Assembly: GCA_964016885.1 (NCBI GenBank)
Contig: OZ024740.1
Coordinates: forward strand, 362,514,001-362,578,000
DNA length: 64,000 nt
Origin: Eledone cirrhosa
Lineage: Eukaryota
Direction of reading: 5' to 3'
Positions 25,779 to 39,899 of the stretch are shown here, piece after piece; within the stretch, counting starts at the first letter, position 1; the number at the start of each line of letters is the position of its first letter. The notes below the pieces were generated by a model. That model was not told where the DNA came from. It saw nothing but the letters and a program-made list of their open reading frames with translations, and did not search any database. A program made the translations under genes and the position numbers.

Positions 25779-28504
25779 CATCCTGTGTTAAGAATATAGT
25801 GTAATTAACATTTTGTTATTATATATAACTCAAATATTGTGAGTATTTAGATTAGAATATGTTTACCACATCCCTGCATATTGTAAAGAAGTGTGTTCAC
25901 TTGTAAAACATTGCCTCAAAAAGAACCCCAAGTCATAAGGCTTACATTAGCAAAAAAATATAGCCTAAAACACTTGTATTATCATCATCATTGTTTAACA
26001 TCTATCTTCCATGCTAGCATGGGTTAGACGGGAATTGTCCCACTTGAGGCAAGATTGGTCGGGTGACTGTGTCTTGCTCGTATAGGACTATTTGGCGGGT
26101 TTTCTACGGCTGGATGCCCTTCCTAACACCAACCACATTTACAGTGTGGACTGGGAGGTTTTTACTGTGTTATCTACATGACCACATTACAGCGTGGACT
26201 GTGTTTTTTTTTTTATATATTCATATTTTGTTCTGTGCTGATACCATATTTTCTTGCATAACATGAGGAATTTTGAGCTAAAATTAAAGGCGAATAGTTG
26301 TGTAAGTTTCATAGCAGTTGAGTGCAGGTTTTCAGAAGTTTTTATTGAGCCTAAAATACACTTTTCAAATAGCAAGAGTGCAAATACATGTTGATAACAT
26401 TTATTTATAAATGGTATTTGATATATTGGCAATATTTGTTATTTGGGAGTCAATGTAATTGAATGTTTGTTTATTTCAAAGATAAGTTGATGAAATACAT
26501 TAATAAAGGTATTACATAACATATGTCATGTTTTCATAACATTGGATTGGCAGTAGCAGTAGAGGGTCGGATACCATGCTTTGCAGCATAGAGCTATGGC
26601 CCTTTATGATCTGAGTTTAAGTCCTGCCGAGGTTAACTTTTTCTTTCATAAAGCACTACATATACTCTTTGCCTGTTTGAATAATAGGGTGGTTATTTTC
26701 AGGCTGTAAATTTGTTATTTACTAAACAGATAATCCTCCATTTCTTGACACATGGTACTTGGTCTGTGTAAATACAGGATTTTTATGGATCACATGGTAC
26801 AACTTTACAAATATTTATACAGACGAAGCTGTATTCAGTGATATATTACACACTGATGTAATATATTTCAGTTTTTTTAGCTTCAGATACAAGTGCCATA
26901 TTATAGTCAAGTCATATAATATACAAAAGAAATATTATAAATTTAACTCTATCAAAGCCCCAAACCTGTTGCTGAAAAATTTAAATAGTCTTAAACTTAC
27001 TTAGATCCTACATTTACTGGTGACTGAAATGAAATAAAGGCAGCTATAGAATCAGTAAGAGGGGGAATATACAACTTTTTATATTCACCAATTATAGTAT
27101 AACCTTAAATAGATGAAAACATTTAACAGAATGGCTTGCAGAATATCAAATTTCTCTATAATATATGCAAATGCTTTTTGCATTTTTTAATCACTGCCTC
27201 GGGCTAAGTTTTAAATAATGAGATCTCCAAGATTTGACAGAATTCTCAACTTCTGTCTAATGAATTGACCTACATTTGAAATGTTTCCTCTTATTTACAT
27301 TCTTCACTTACTATTAACAATTATATCTGAACTTCCCATTTACTTGCTGCAGTGAAGCACACCAAGTAACTCATGGTATTGCCATGGATGATAGCAAAGC
27401 TAAGGCACTCAAATAGCCAAGCACCCTCATGAGCATCACTTGATATGTTGGTAAAGCAAGATGCCAACAATGACAAAAACTTTGCTATCAGTAGCCTAGC
27501 TCCTCCAAATGTCTCAAATACCACAGGCAGAAAAAAATAGTTTGCTGATAATTCCTGGTATTTAAGAATTTTTGTATTTATTTCTCATAAGAAATGAAAT
27601 GAAATTTCTATCAACTATTTTATTTTCCTAATTTAGCCTAGAATAACTAAAGTAGATCATTTATTAATTCCCTTGTTTGTTTAAACCACACCATTTTTAT
27701 ACAGTTTATTTGTATTATAATTTCTGTCCACTTTCATTGCTTGCACTGTTTGGCTTTTATACATTATCTAACTTTATATTCATCTACTTCCCTTTCATCA
27801 TCTATTAATTTTTCTATGTGTTTTTGTTACTTGGTTACTCACGTAAAGTATAGGTTATACCATAAATGATTCTCAGTGGTTGATTTATCAGTTATATATA
27901 GCCATAACTGTTAAACACCTTGTGAAAAAAGTGACTCCACTCTAATGCTATCCACGAACCAAACAAATACTGTAAAAACTTCAAAACCTGACCTAACTTA
28001 ACATCAGACCTGTCAACTCTGCCCGTCCAATGGGAAGATCTTCCACCCACTTTGGGGTGGGTGAGAAATGTCTTCTCTGGTGAAAATGGGTATAGGTTTC
28101 ATTATGTAAAATCTCCCCATTTTGGGGCACTTTTTTTCATGGCGCTCCTCATAGATGTACCATATATGCACCACACAAAATATAAAGTAAAAGAAACAAA
28201 TCACACTCATCTGAACTGTACCCAAAACACCTCCTATGCATAACAATAATCAAACCTATTCTAAATACATAAGTTGTTTCTGTCATATGTCTATTTGAGA
28301 CTATTCAAATATTATAGCAGAGATTACCATTATAATTTGAATTTTACTGATTGCACACTGATCTCTTTTGGATTCATTTATGTAATGCAGGTAAATTATT
28401 ACTTCCCTTCTTGTAGGTTTTTTTTGTCAGTTTTCAAAACAACCATGTTTTGATATCAAACTGCCCTTGGTTCTACAATACAGAATTGTTTAAGACCTAC
28501 CATT

Positions 28505-28950
28505 CATTTTTCTTCTTCTTCTTTTTCTTTTTGTTTTTCTATTTCTTTTTCTTCTTCTTCTTTCTTCTTTTTTCTTCTTTCTTTTCTTTTTTTCTTTTTT
28601 TTCTTTTTCCCTTTTCCCTTTTCTTTTTTCTTATTCTTGGTCAGAGTCCTCAAGCATGAGCCTGTCAGAAGCAACCATCTCCAATTGATCCAGCTGGTTC
28701 CACAAATGAGACCAGCCAAACTCATGGATGTTATCCAACCATCTTGCTTGGGGTCCACCCCTGGGTCTCCTGCCACTTGGTTTTGCATGTAAAATCTGTC
28801 CAGCAATTCTTTCCTGAGACATTCTAACCACATATCTATAGTATTGGAGCTGTGACATTTCAATTTGGAAAAGTAGTGATTCTCTTATTCTCTTATCTCT
28901 GAGCCATGCATACTATCGAGTAACATTACTCCAAAGGCCCTTCAGAGGAA
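28505..28950 (-). mobile_element. Old RTE-type LINE 3' relic with degenerate (AAG)n tail
   Basis: Minus-strand RMSQERIAGQILHAKPSGRRPRGGPQARWLDNI. The TTC-rich tract at 28505-28635 is the tail. Confidence 0.7.
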
Positions 28951-29704
28951 TTAATTTTAATTTATTTCAATTATAAATATATACATAAACAATGATAGCT
29001 GCATTCTTCTGATTTTCTATGAATTAAACCAACTCTATCATTCAACAATGTTTATCAAAACAATAAACTTGAACTGATATTTTGATAACTTTAACCCCTT
29101 TTATACCATAACCCCTGAAGCTACCCCTGGTTCTACAATTCGAAGCTGTTTATTTTAAAGTGTTTATATTTATCTAAAAATCTTCCATTATAATTTTATG
29201 TAAGAAAGCTTGTTAAGCCACATTCAAAACACCAGATATCGAAAAGTTCAACATATTACTAAATTCTTCCAAATTCTTGATTATTTTCAAAATGATTTGA
29301 AAATCATAGACAGTATCTTTCATTAGAAATATGTTAATGTAAAGACTAATAGCTAATCATACACACATCAGCTGTATAACTATGAATTTTGGCATGTATT
29401 ATTTTCACTGATTCCTAAGAACTATTAAAACAGGATAGATTATGTAAATTATTATATTTGAATTATAACTAAAATTGTTCTTATAATTTTACTTTATTTT
29501 GTTTCTTGCTTTATTTTATTACTTTAACTCCTATTACTAGCAATTTGATATTAATTAACACACTTGTGACCATATTTCTAATCAAATACACTCTATTTTA
29601 ATTAATTATTGAAGAATGTTTCAATGCTAATAAACTAAATATAATCTCTAGTCAAATGAGAAAGTGTGTATGTAATGGTTCAAATCATTCTTGAATCACA
29701 CCCT

Positions 29705-30405
29705 CATCATATTCCTGCAACTGGTGTAGCCAGTCGTTGGGGTGCCACTCTAGACATTTTTACAGTCAGTTATCACCATTGGTCTCTATTCTCCGTCATG
29801 TTTAGAAGGGTCTCAGTGTTGTGACCAGTCTTTGATGTTGTTGAACCAGGATTTTCTTTGTCTGCTTCTTCTTTGACCTCCCTTAACTGTGCCCTGAAGG
29901 ATGGTTTTGGGGAAGGAGTTCGTGGTGGGATATATGACCATACTTGGCAAGCTTCCCTCCTTTCACTATCGCAAAGAGTAGTACCTACCTGCCAGCATAT
30001 TTATTAACTTGCTGCCTGACAAAGCTGTTTTATGCTCCCTGTATGTAGCATCCTTCTGAAGTAATTGCACTCAAATGACTGGATTCTTCCTTCCATGACA
30101 GCTGTGAGAGTCCAACTCTCACACCCATACAAAAGGATCGAAGTCACCAAGGACTTGTACAATTTGAGCTTTGTTGGAAAACTGATGGAGTTGCTTCTGC
30201 ATATGACGGTCAGCTTTCCCATGGCGAGTTTTGTTAGTATCTCCTTTTGAGATCTGCCAACTTTGATCGGAGTAGATTCTAGATACTTGAAGATATCCAC
30301 GTCATGTTTTCCTCTGTTCAGCATGATATTGGTTGTTTACCAGAATCTTACTCTTTTCTGAGCTGATCTTTGTTCCATATGCTCCTGATACTTTTTCCAG
30401 TCTAA
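29705..30405 (-). mobile_element. Decayed RTE/BovB-type LINE 3' portion
   Basis: Minus-strand FKYL..., SISFPTKLKLYKSLVTSILLYGCESWTLT...RIQSFEC.. and a G.VKGGQRRSRQRKSW-type C-terminus. Confidence 0.8.
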
Positions 30406-30506
30406 CATCTTCAAAAATAATATATTGGGTATTAATAAAAGATGGTGTGGTGATAGTTGGAGTGCTTTAATCTACTTGGTGCTAAATGACTAACTATTAT
30501 TTAACT

Positions 30507-30691
30507 GCGGTGGATTGGCAGTATCGGTAGAGGGTCAGACGCCATGCTTTGACGGATAGCGTTACGGCCCTTGCCATTCTGAGTTCAAATCCCGCCGAGG
30601 TTAACTTTGCCTTTCATCCTTATGGGGTTGATAAAATAAAGTACCAATAATACACTGGGTAATTGCTGGCCTTGTGCCAAAAGTAGAAACA
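30507..30691 (+). mobile_element. tRNA-headed SINE (abundant family) with 11-bp TSD
   Basis: A-box-like TGGCAGTATCGG, B-box GAGTTCAAATCC, core GCCTTTCATCCTT..GGGGT.GATAAAATAAAGTACC. TSD ATTATTTAACT at 30496-30506 and 30692-30702. Other copies at ~270-400(-), 1430-1590, 26545-26650, 32575-32730(-), 43990-44400(-, two), 48185-48285(-). Confidence 0.85.
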
Positions 30692-33600
30692 ATTATTTAA
30701 CTAACGTTTACTATTATATAGCAACAAACATTTTAAGGTAATTTTCCCTGTTAAAGCCAAAGTTACCTTTCTGGGCCACAGCAAACATTTACTACTATAT
30801 ATATCAACTGTTTCTTTTTTTTCTCTTGAACTTCTGGTAGGGTTGTAGGGTGTGATCTTGAGTAGTTAAACCTGGTGGAGCCCATCCCTTTCCAGATTTG
30901 AATGCAGCCTATTTCTTCCAGAGTAGGAGGAGAAAAGGGAAGGATGAATGGATTCTAGTATTGAATTGGTACATCTGAAAAAAAAAAATAATAAAGGCTT
31001 TTAATTAAGACACAAAGACAATAATTTTTGCAGGCAGATTAAGTCAATTACATTGACCCAAGCTCTTAATAATGAAAAGCAAAGTTGGCCTCATCAGGAA
31101 TGAACTCTTTTGGTACGAAAACCAGTGTTTATATTTATCTAATGAAGAATGTTTCAATTCTAATAAACTAACTATAATATCTAGTCAAATAGGAAATGTC
31201 TATGTAATGGTTCAAATCACTCTTCAATCATACTCTACCATCTTCAAAAGATGGTAGTGTGATTCATAAGAATCTTTAAGTTATGTTCCAAACACCATGT
31301 TAATAATGGTTTCTGATTTAGGCACAAGGCCAACAATTTCAAGGGAGTGGGAAATCAGTTAAATTGACTCCAGTTAGTTACTGATACGTTATTTCATTGA
31401 CTCCCGGCCTACTTTGATGATGGTGGTAACACCATCATTGCCAACAACAACATGTACCACAACAACAACAACATTAAGTTACAGTGTAACATCCACGTAT
31501 AAGCACCTTATCTTCTGCAATATATAATATAAGCAAGTATTGCACCAAGAAAAATAGAGAAAGGAGAGTAAGAATTTATTGGCTTTAACATGTTTCTGTG
31601 CCTATTAGTAGTGTTTTTGAAATCAAATGATATTTCACTAACCTGTGGCAATACAAATTGAATAAATTCTGGACGCCTATCCTCTCATTTGATAAAATCA
31701 GGAGTATTTTACAGAATCAGAGTGGATTCCTTAGATTTTGTGTGGGAGTCAACGATACATGAAAAAAGCATTAGATAATAATATTAATAATTACCCTGAC
31801 CTCATAGTTTTTAATGTACCATCTATATTACAGTCACATTAGCAGGTGTGCATTGAACAGTGAATTATGTAAGTAATCCTGGACTGGCAAAATATTCTCT
31901 TCAGTAGGTATTTGTTCAGTTCTCAGACTGACTATACTGAATATACCAGTTGAATTGCTTTTCACACACTAAAGTAGTTGTAGTAGTACGTATATATATA
32001 TATATATAGTGAGTCTAAATATGAGAGAGAAAAATAACTGTAGTATTAGTAAATTTTAAATTCAAATGGAAGGCAGGACAAACCAAACATGTATTCCATT
32101 CATCAGCTACTCATAGTAAGTGACCTCAGTCGTTTGGTGGCATAAGTAGAAAGCATCTACCCAAAACACCACCTCAGCGATAGGCCCAAAATAAGCACAT
32201 CGCTGTACGGAAATTATGACATGAAACAAAGGACAGGCAAATAGATAAACAGTTGACAAAGAATATGTGGGTATATCAGGAATAGTACAGACAAATGAGT
32301 CAGAAAAATAATGAAATATACATATAAGAAAATAAATATTCCATTTCTCAGTTTCTTTTTGTTTTTCTCAGATCCATACTTTTTTTAGTACCATATTTGT
32401 AGTGTTTGAGCATGAGTGATGTTATGAATAAAAAAAAAAAGGATAAAGATCCCATAACTCCATGTGAAGTCATAGAGGCTCCATCATACGGTGTGTCTAG
32501 GGCACATTTAAACCTGGCAGAGCCCAACCCTCTCCAGGTCTGAACACAGCCGATTTTTTTCTATAGAGGAAGAATCGACCCCAGTACTGGACTGGTACTT
32601 TTTTTTATTGACCTTGAAAGGATGAAAGGAAAAGTTGACATGGCATGATTTGAACTCAGAGCGTGCAAAGGGGGACGAATACTGTAAAGTATTCTATTCG
32701 ATGTCTTAATGACTCTCCCAATTCACCACCTAGTTTTAGCCAAATGCTATTTATATTTACTTATTTATTTATTCATTTTATTTAACCCTTTTGATACAAA
32801 TCTGGCCATAATCAGCTTTGGTTCCCTGAAACAGTGCCACCCATTTTAAAAGATTCTTATTTAAATAAAAATCTCTGTACATAATTTTATATAAGAATCA
32901 TATGTTACTATCATAGTAATGAAATAATAAATTTTAGTAAATTCCTCCAAATTCTTTACTAATTAATTGAAACAGAGTGTATTTCATCATGAAATGGCTA
33001 TAATGATATTTTAATTAATAATTATTTTTATTTTCAAAACTTTATTTCATTATTTTGTATAAATGCTATAAAATATGAAAACATCAAAATGGTAGATATC
33101 TTGCATCTTACTTATGTAACATTTCCTGATGTTACCTAGTAACAAAAGCAAATTCCCAGTATCCATTTAATGATAGGTAACATTCTAGTATATTTATAAT
33201 ATATATCACATTTAGTTATACATATTTTGTATGTTATGGTGCTTATATAAGCACCATACCATTTGAAAAAATTAAGGTAGTAGTTATTTTACCTATGTAA
33301 CACTACCTGATGTTACTCTTAGTGGCAAACTATACTCCCCAAATTAGCTATCATATTGCTAATATAGTTATAATGCATACCACATGTATGTGTATGTGTT
33401 TAATAGATGAGTATGTAAAAAAGAAAAACAATGGGAGAAAGGAATTTCACCAGAATCTGTTACCACATGTTTGTAGTAAGATTAAGATATCAGCTGTTTC
33501 TCTCTCTCTCCCTCTCTCCTTTAGATGCTTGTATTTCTTGTTTGTCTCTTATTAGGTCACTCATTTTCTATGGTTTTCCCTTATTCTGTTTTTTAACCGT

Positions 33601-34440
33601 CTCATTACCATTTACCAAATATTTCCATGATTTTCATATGTCTATGAATTTCAAATTATTTTGAATTACTGAAGAATTTAGTGGGATTTAGCAATATAAC
33701 TAACTTTCTTATCAAATTGGTGTTTGGAGCATAACTTAATAAAGGTTCTTATATAAAATTATGATGGAAGGTTTTTAGCTAAAAATAAACAGCTTTGTAT
33801 TGTAGAACTAATTGGAAGTTTCAGGCAGTTTAGTATCAAAAGGGTTATGGTGTCAGCTGTTTCCCACCCCTCTCTCTCTCTTTCAATAGGTCAATCTTCT
33901 TTTCTATATTTTATTTCTTTAAATTCTGGTTTTTATCTCCCTACAAATTTACTTAATTCAGAAAGAAGCTAAATATAATCAGTAAATTACAAAAATAAAT
34001 AGATTAAAAGAAATATGTTTAGAGCTTGTTTATACCAAACCAACTAAAACTGCTGCCAGTTTCTATGATACAAAGCTGCTTGGTTTGAAGCCTTTATGCT
34101 TATCTATTAAGTAAGAACCTTTTAAACCTGCACACATGCACACACAATATTATAAACATTAGTCTACATGTGGTGTCACTTTGGGCAGCTTAGGATCAAA
34201 GGAAGAAAAAATGGTGAACTGATAATGATAAAAATAGCATGAACTCCAACCCAGTTTCTTATTATAATCTTCTGACAAAGGTTTTAGATCCAAAATATTA
34301 GGACAGGTAAATAAAATAACAGATGACACACTAACATCTTTGTTACCTCCAGTTTATTCTGAAATCTACCATCCATCCTTCAAATAATATACTTCTAACA
34401 CTATGTTCCAAGCAAACTACAACACCCTCTTCAGTATATA

Positions 34441-35302
34441 TCATCATCATCATCTCCATTTAACATCTATATTTCCACGCTGGCATGGGTTAGATGAGTT
34501 TTCCTATTGTGAGCAATGCCAGGTCAGGTGACCATGTCTTGCTCTTACAGAACCGATTTTGGCTTGGTTTCTACAGCCCTTCCTAGCACCAACCTCATGT
34601 ATTGTGAGCGCTGGGTGCTTTTTGTCATGACACCTACATGACCACTTTACAGTGTGGGCTGGGCACTTTTTTGCTGTGTCGCCATCATGACCATTTTACA
34701 GTGTGGACTGGAGGCTTCACTGGATGTATGCCTGTCCTCATGGGAGATGTATAGAAGTGGGTGGGCTGGTGCATTCTGTCTCAGCCTATGCCCATGGGAA
34801 GTGTGGTCTTCTGTAGTACTGTGTAATGCCAGAGATCTCAGTCCTGTGTCATCGGATTTGAGAGGTGCAACTGGGCATGGTCAGCTTTTATCACCTCCCC
34901 ATCATCTCCCCATTCCCTGGCTTCCATCGATTCTGAGTGCTCTGCACCTTTTTATACAGCTCACGTGTCCATACCAACACAATTTCCTCTCCTGCACACT
35001 GCATCTGATTCCTCTTATGCCCAATTTCTCTATCAGTACGTTTATGCTTTGCCTTTCATGTATTATTACACATCCATCAGAACATGCAAGCTTCATTCCT
35101 TTCCAATAAATGCAAATCTTCTATACACAGTGCCCAGGTCTTCCTACCATGCAACATTCCTGTTCATATGCATGCATCATACAGTCTGCCTTTCATTTGG
35201 GGGAAAAAGTCGTTTGTAGCTAGCAGTGGTAGTGGCTCTCTGAACTTCTTCCATCCCGTTCTTACTCTGGCTACTGTGTTCTCAGAACACCCACCTCTGC
35301 TG

Positions 35303-35303
<1 letters not shown>
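34441..35303 (-). mobile_element. Decayed 5'-truncated RTE LINE (lineage A-type)
   Basis: (TCA)n tail at 34441. Minus-strand remnants [20 protein letters not shown] and LGIRGIRCSVQER. Same extended 3' UTR as lineage A; the 5' end abuts a TA repeat. Confidence 0.85.
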
Positions 35304-35334
<31 letters not shown>

Positions 35335-36580
35335 GTGTGTGTCTATATATATTAAGGGTGAAAGCAGCGATTCTTTGCTTAAACTTTAATCTGTTATTTT
35401 AATAAATATATATATATATATGATATATATAATTACTTGCTTGCTATTTGTTTTTATTAGAACATTAATATTAAGATTTTACATTTCCTCAAAAAGATAA
35501 TTTTACTTATTTAAAGGTCTTTTTGTCTTCTGCACTAAAACATTAGTTATAGTATTGTTTCTTTTTATTAATTTTGTATTAATTAATCATTGATTTCCAT
35601 TATATACTTCAGAAATGCACTATACTAATCCATCAATATCCATTAGCAAGGCATTCTTGAAAAGTATAAAACAGCACTATAACTGCATCACATTAAACAT
35701 AAACACCTTTACTCTAATACAATAAATACACTCTATCACAATAAATATTGAAGTATTTACCTCTAATACTGCAATTTTTTACAATGATTTGTCCACTATT
35801 AAAGGTATTATAAACATTTGAATTAAACTATATGGAACCTTATTATCAAGACATTCCTGAAAATTACAAATCAACTATGACATTACATATATTAAAGTCT
35901 TTACTTTAGTTGGCTGCAAATTTCCACAACATTCTCTCCTCTAGTGAAGATACAACAAACATTTTAATTAGCAGTTTCGTTTTTAGATATTTTTTGTAAA
36001 TCATTACAGGTTTTTAAGAGTTAATGACAAAAGAAATTCACTATAGTAATTGGATAAAGAACTAAGACTTGGCTTCAACCTAGGAAAATCACCTTCAAAC
36101 AGTCTTTCAAACAGTCTTTTTGAAACATCTGATGACAGACAAAATAATTTCAAGAGAAAATGACAATTCTGGAACAAAGGAAAGTGACTAAAAGCAGACT
36201 TTAACTATTCACAGAATTATTCAGTTCAGAAATACCTTAGTGACTTAACATTTAACTATTTTCTTTCCATATTTCTAATAAAAACACTGCCTATAGTTTT
36301 CAATTTTTTTTCAATAATCAAAGATTTAATGAAATAACTTCCTCATTAATAAGGTAGTGTTTGGAACATAACATAACGAAGGTGATTCCATAACATTATG
36401 ATGGAAAGATTTTTAGATAAATATAAACACTTTAACCGTTTTATTGCCATATTTCTAATGAAAAACACTATTGTTTTTAAAGAATTTTTTAAATAATAAT
36501 CATTTTAGAAAAACAATTTTTTAGGATTGTTTGTTTTGATATTCTGCTTTTTTTTTTGTTTTGACTGCATCCTCATACAT

Positions 36581-36692
36581 GGACTGTACCCCTTGATCAG
36601 TTCAGCTAGATTCCCGCTGTTCTAATACTGCTAGCTTAGTTCGGATCTAGCTGTCGAAACAGCCAGAGCTCAACCGTCGGGGTCCTGACTCT
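36581..36692 (+). ncRNA. Degenerate type I hammerhead, same family as the 61-kb element
   Basis: ACCCC-TTGATCA-G..CAGCTAGATTCC...GGATCTAGCTGTC-GAAAC-AGCCAGAGCTCAACC-GTC-GGGGT. Stems I and II are present; the CUGANGA box has two substitutions. (TA)n follows. Confidence 0.5.
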
Positions 36693-37254
36693 TTACGTAT
36701 ATATATATACACACAAAATACATGACAACTAAGCCTTTTTTTTTATTGGTACTCAGACTTTCATGATGGTATCCAATTAATCTGCTCCAATCATGAAAGT
36801 TTGAGTATCAATGAAAACATGCTTAGTTGCCTTGTATTTTAAGTAATATAAAATATCTCTCTTTGCATATCAATGGCTCATTTTTTCATAATTACAATTT
36901 ACACCCAGACAATGATATATATATATGTGTGTATGTCTCTGTGCATGTTTTATAAACTCCATTGTTTGTGTCCAGACTAGAATAGGTACATCATACCTCT
37001 GCATGTCTAAGGAGTGACTAAAATGATTAATATCAGGAAGTATATCTTGGCTGTAAAATATTGCTTCAAAAATGATGTGTATGAGGCCTGCAAGGCTAGT
37101 CCCTGCTTTAATGTGTGTGTGTGTGTGTGGGGGGGGGGGCATTAAAGACCTTTTGGTTGTTGTACGTTTTAAAAACTAATATTAATAATTGTAAGTGTCC
37201 CGACTTCCCCAATATTTTCTGTCTTAGATTTTAAGTTTCAATTTCAAATTACAG

Positions 37255-37345
37255 AAAATCAATAAAATGTGATGATGAAGTGAAGAAACTTTATGAAGAA
37301 ATGGAATACCAGATAATACAAGAAAAAGAAGCAATACTCAATAAG
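37255..37345 (+). CDS. CRACR2A: CRACR2A-like coding exon 4 (coiled coil)
   Basis: Acceptor aattacag| and donor |GTATGT; phase 2/0. Reads KSIKCDDEVKKLYEEMEYQIIQEKEAILNK, with the LYEEME.QI..EKE signature. It follows a 22.3-kb intron. Confidence 0.88.
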
Positions 37346-39899
37346 GTATGTTAGAAATATTTTGACATCATCATCATCATCATTACCACCATCATTATCA
37401 TCATCGTTTAATACAAGTTTTTCCATGCTAGCATTTATGTGTGAGACTATTATGCTCTTTTCTTCAATTATTATGTTTCTATAAGCAGAATTTCCATACA
37501 GCAAACCTCAACATATGCTGCCCACTTTACATCTGACTCCACATTGCATATACTAAGTAAATCTTTTTCCAAACTATCTCCTTCTATGCCACCAGACTCA
37601 CCACCATGTGCACATGTTGTGTGTGAAATCACCATCAGTCACTTGAAACCAACAAGGCCAACAATGTCCTTTTTTCCATTAGGCTCAAACAATGCTCTTT
37701 AATGGTAGCCTTCTATCCTCATCAAACTTTTCAATTTCTCTGACACTTCCTCAATCATTCTCCCTACAGAGATATATCACAAATTTTGGAAGCACATTAT
37801 AGAATGCCCCATTCTCAATCTGTGCAAACTATTCTCCTATCGTGTTTACTTCCAGCATCTCAAGTAGGATTATACTCATGCATACATATACACCATATTC
37901 TTGCATAAAACTGGATGATTGCATCCCCTTACCTTCTACAACAACCATCTGTTGTTGCTAAAGTAAAGAAATTTTGAGGAATTTGACTACAGGATTCACA
38001 TTAGATATTATTTGTTAAAAGTATTGTTCTGGTGTGTCTAAAAGATAAAATCGAAAAACCCATCAGGAGGTATGCCATTGGCCATCCCTAGGCACAACTA
38101 TCTTACTAGGCTCTACACTCACCGATAGGGCTCTACCCTCTCTCACACCACCATGACCACCGATATTGCCTCTGGCTGATGTGGGATCTAGGGCAAATAC
38201 CCCATCTGCCCCACTATAAATCTGGCACTGCAACCATGGCTCTATAATACAAAACTGTTCATCAGTATCATCACCACATTTATGCCTGTTTTCCATACTG
38301 TAATGGGTTGGTCTATCTTGTTGATTTAAAAATATTCCATGATAATTTTACGTAAGAATTTTAAAGTTATACCTCAAAACCAGTTTAATAGTGAGAAAGT
38401 TAATTATATTACTAAATCATTGCAAATTCTTGATTCTCTTCTCAAAATTCTTTGAAGACCATAGCCAGTGTTTTTTCCTTAAAAATTTGATAATAAAAAG
38501 GCTAAAATATCTACATTACATATGTTTCTTTGCCCTGGAAGATATGCAACTGGCAGGAGCTGGACAAGTTTTCATGGTTCAAGACCAGAAAGGTTGGAGG
38601 GAACTCATTTTGCTCATAAATTCCTTATTTGGCATGGTTTCTATGGCTGAATGCCCTTCCAATGCCAACCACCTTACTGGGTGCATTTTATTGTGGTATC
38701 AGCAAACTTTAGAGTCTGCTGAGTGCATTGTGTTGGCTGGGTGCATTTTGTCATGGCACCAGCATTAATACCTCTGGAAAGTTGTTCAAAAGAGAAAGCC
38801 TAACATTAAGGATAGTGCATTTAATCTTTTTACTGTTCAATCAGGGATGGAAGGGCATTGCTCATAACCCTTATCAAAGCATCTAAAACTGGTAGGAGGA
38901 GGTTAAGAAGTTATCCTCAAACCATAAATCTAACTTAAATAGTTGCAAAAGGGTGGACTTTGTTAAAGACACCCAATGACAAGGTGCTGGTGTTAAACTA
39001 GGTAATGGATCAAGTGTACCATTCTCACATGCTATTAAGATATGTAAGGTAGATGATTTGGTAAAGTTGGTAGTGCTGGAAAATTTTCTGAGTCTCTTCC
39101 TTCAAATTTCATTGAGGTCCATTTTGCCTTTCATCCTTTCAGGGTCGATAAAGAAAGTACTAGCCTAATGCTGGTTCAACCCTCTCTCTGTCCTGCTGTC
39201 ACATCCTGGAAGTTCTGCTTGATCAAGAGAATGAGAGTGACTCTGTCTGTTCACCTAAAACCCTTAGTGAAAGCATGGTAGATTCTACCATATCATGCTT
39301 GATTTTAATTAGCAACTGTAATTTTATAGTTCTGTAAGCTCCATAAAAAGTTATCAGAGATTTTGAGGTCTAATATGTTAAAGTTTTAGTTGCATTTTTT
39401 TTATCAATATTGATTGTGTTTTTGTGTTGAACCATATGTTAAATTAATTAATTGAAATGTAGCATATGTCATTAGAAATATAATCATGAAAGGGTTAAAG
39501 TTTTGTTAACACAGCTTTTTCCACTATTTTCTTCTATTTCCCAAGGTCCCAGCTAATGTTTTCATTGTGTTATTTTTTTCTACATTACTGTGGATACATG
39601 CTCTCTAAACAGATTAAGTTTCCGATACTAAATTTTTCAAACTAATTTCTCTAATTAACATTTTGAGGTTATTATACAACATGACTAATCATCTCATGAC
39701 CATATTTCTATAAAATAGACTCAATTTCAATTAATTATTGAAGAGTTTTGAAGGATTTACTAAAATTATTATTTCATTACTAAGGTAGTAACTGGTGTGC
39801 TTAAGGGAATATCTAGTTAACAAAATCTAGTAGCAGAATATTAAATTCGCATCTTTGTATATATGTATGAATATGCGGGACATCCAAACAAGTATCTTC

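Noticed and set aside
28450-28659. Phe-rich or Lys/Glu-rich ORFs
   Set aside because: They come from the low-complexity TTC/AAG tail of a LINE relic.
30507-30600. tRNA gene
   Set aside because: The A and B boxes are about 55 nt apart with no clear cloverleaf. It is multicopy, has a TSD and a SINE body.
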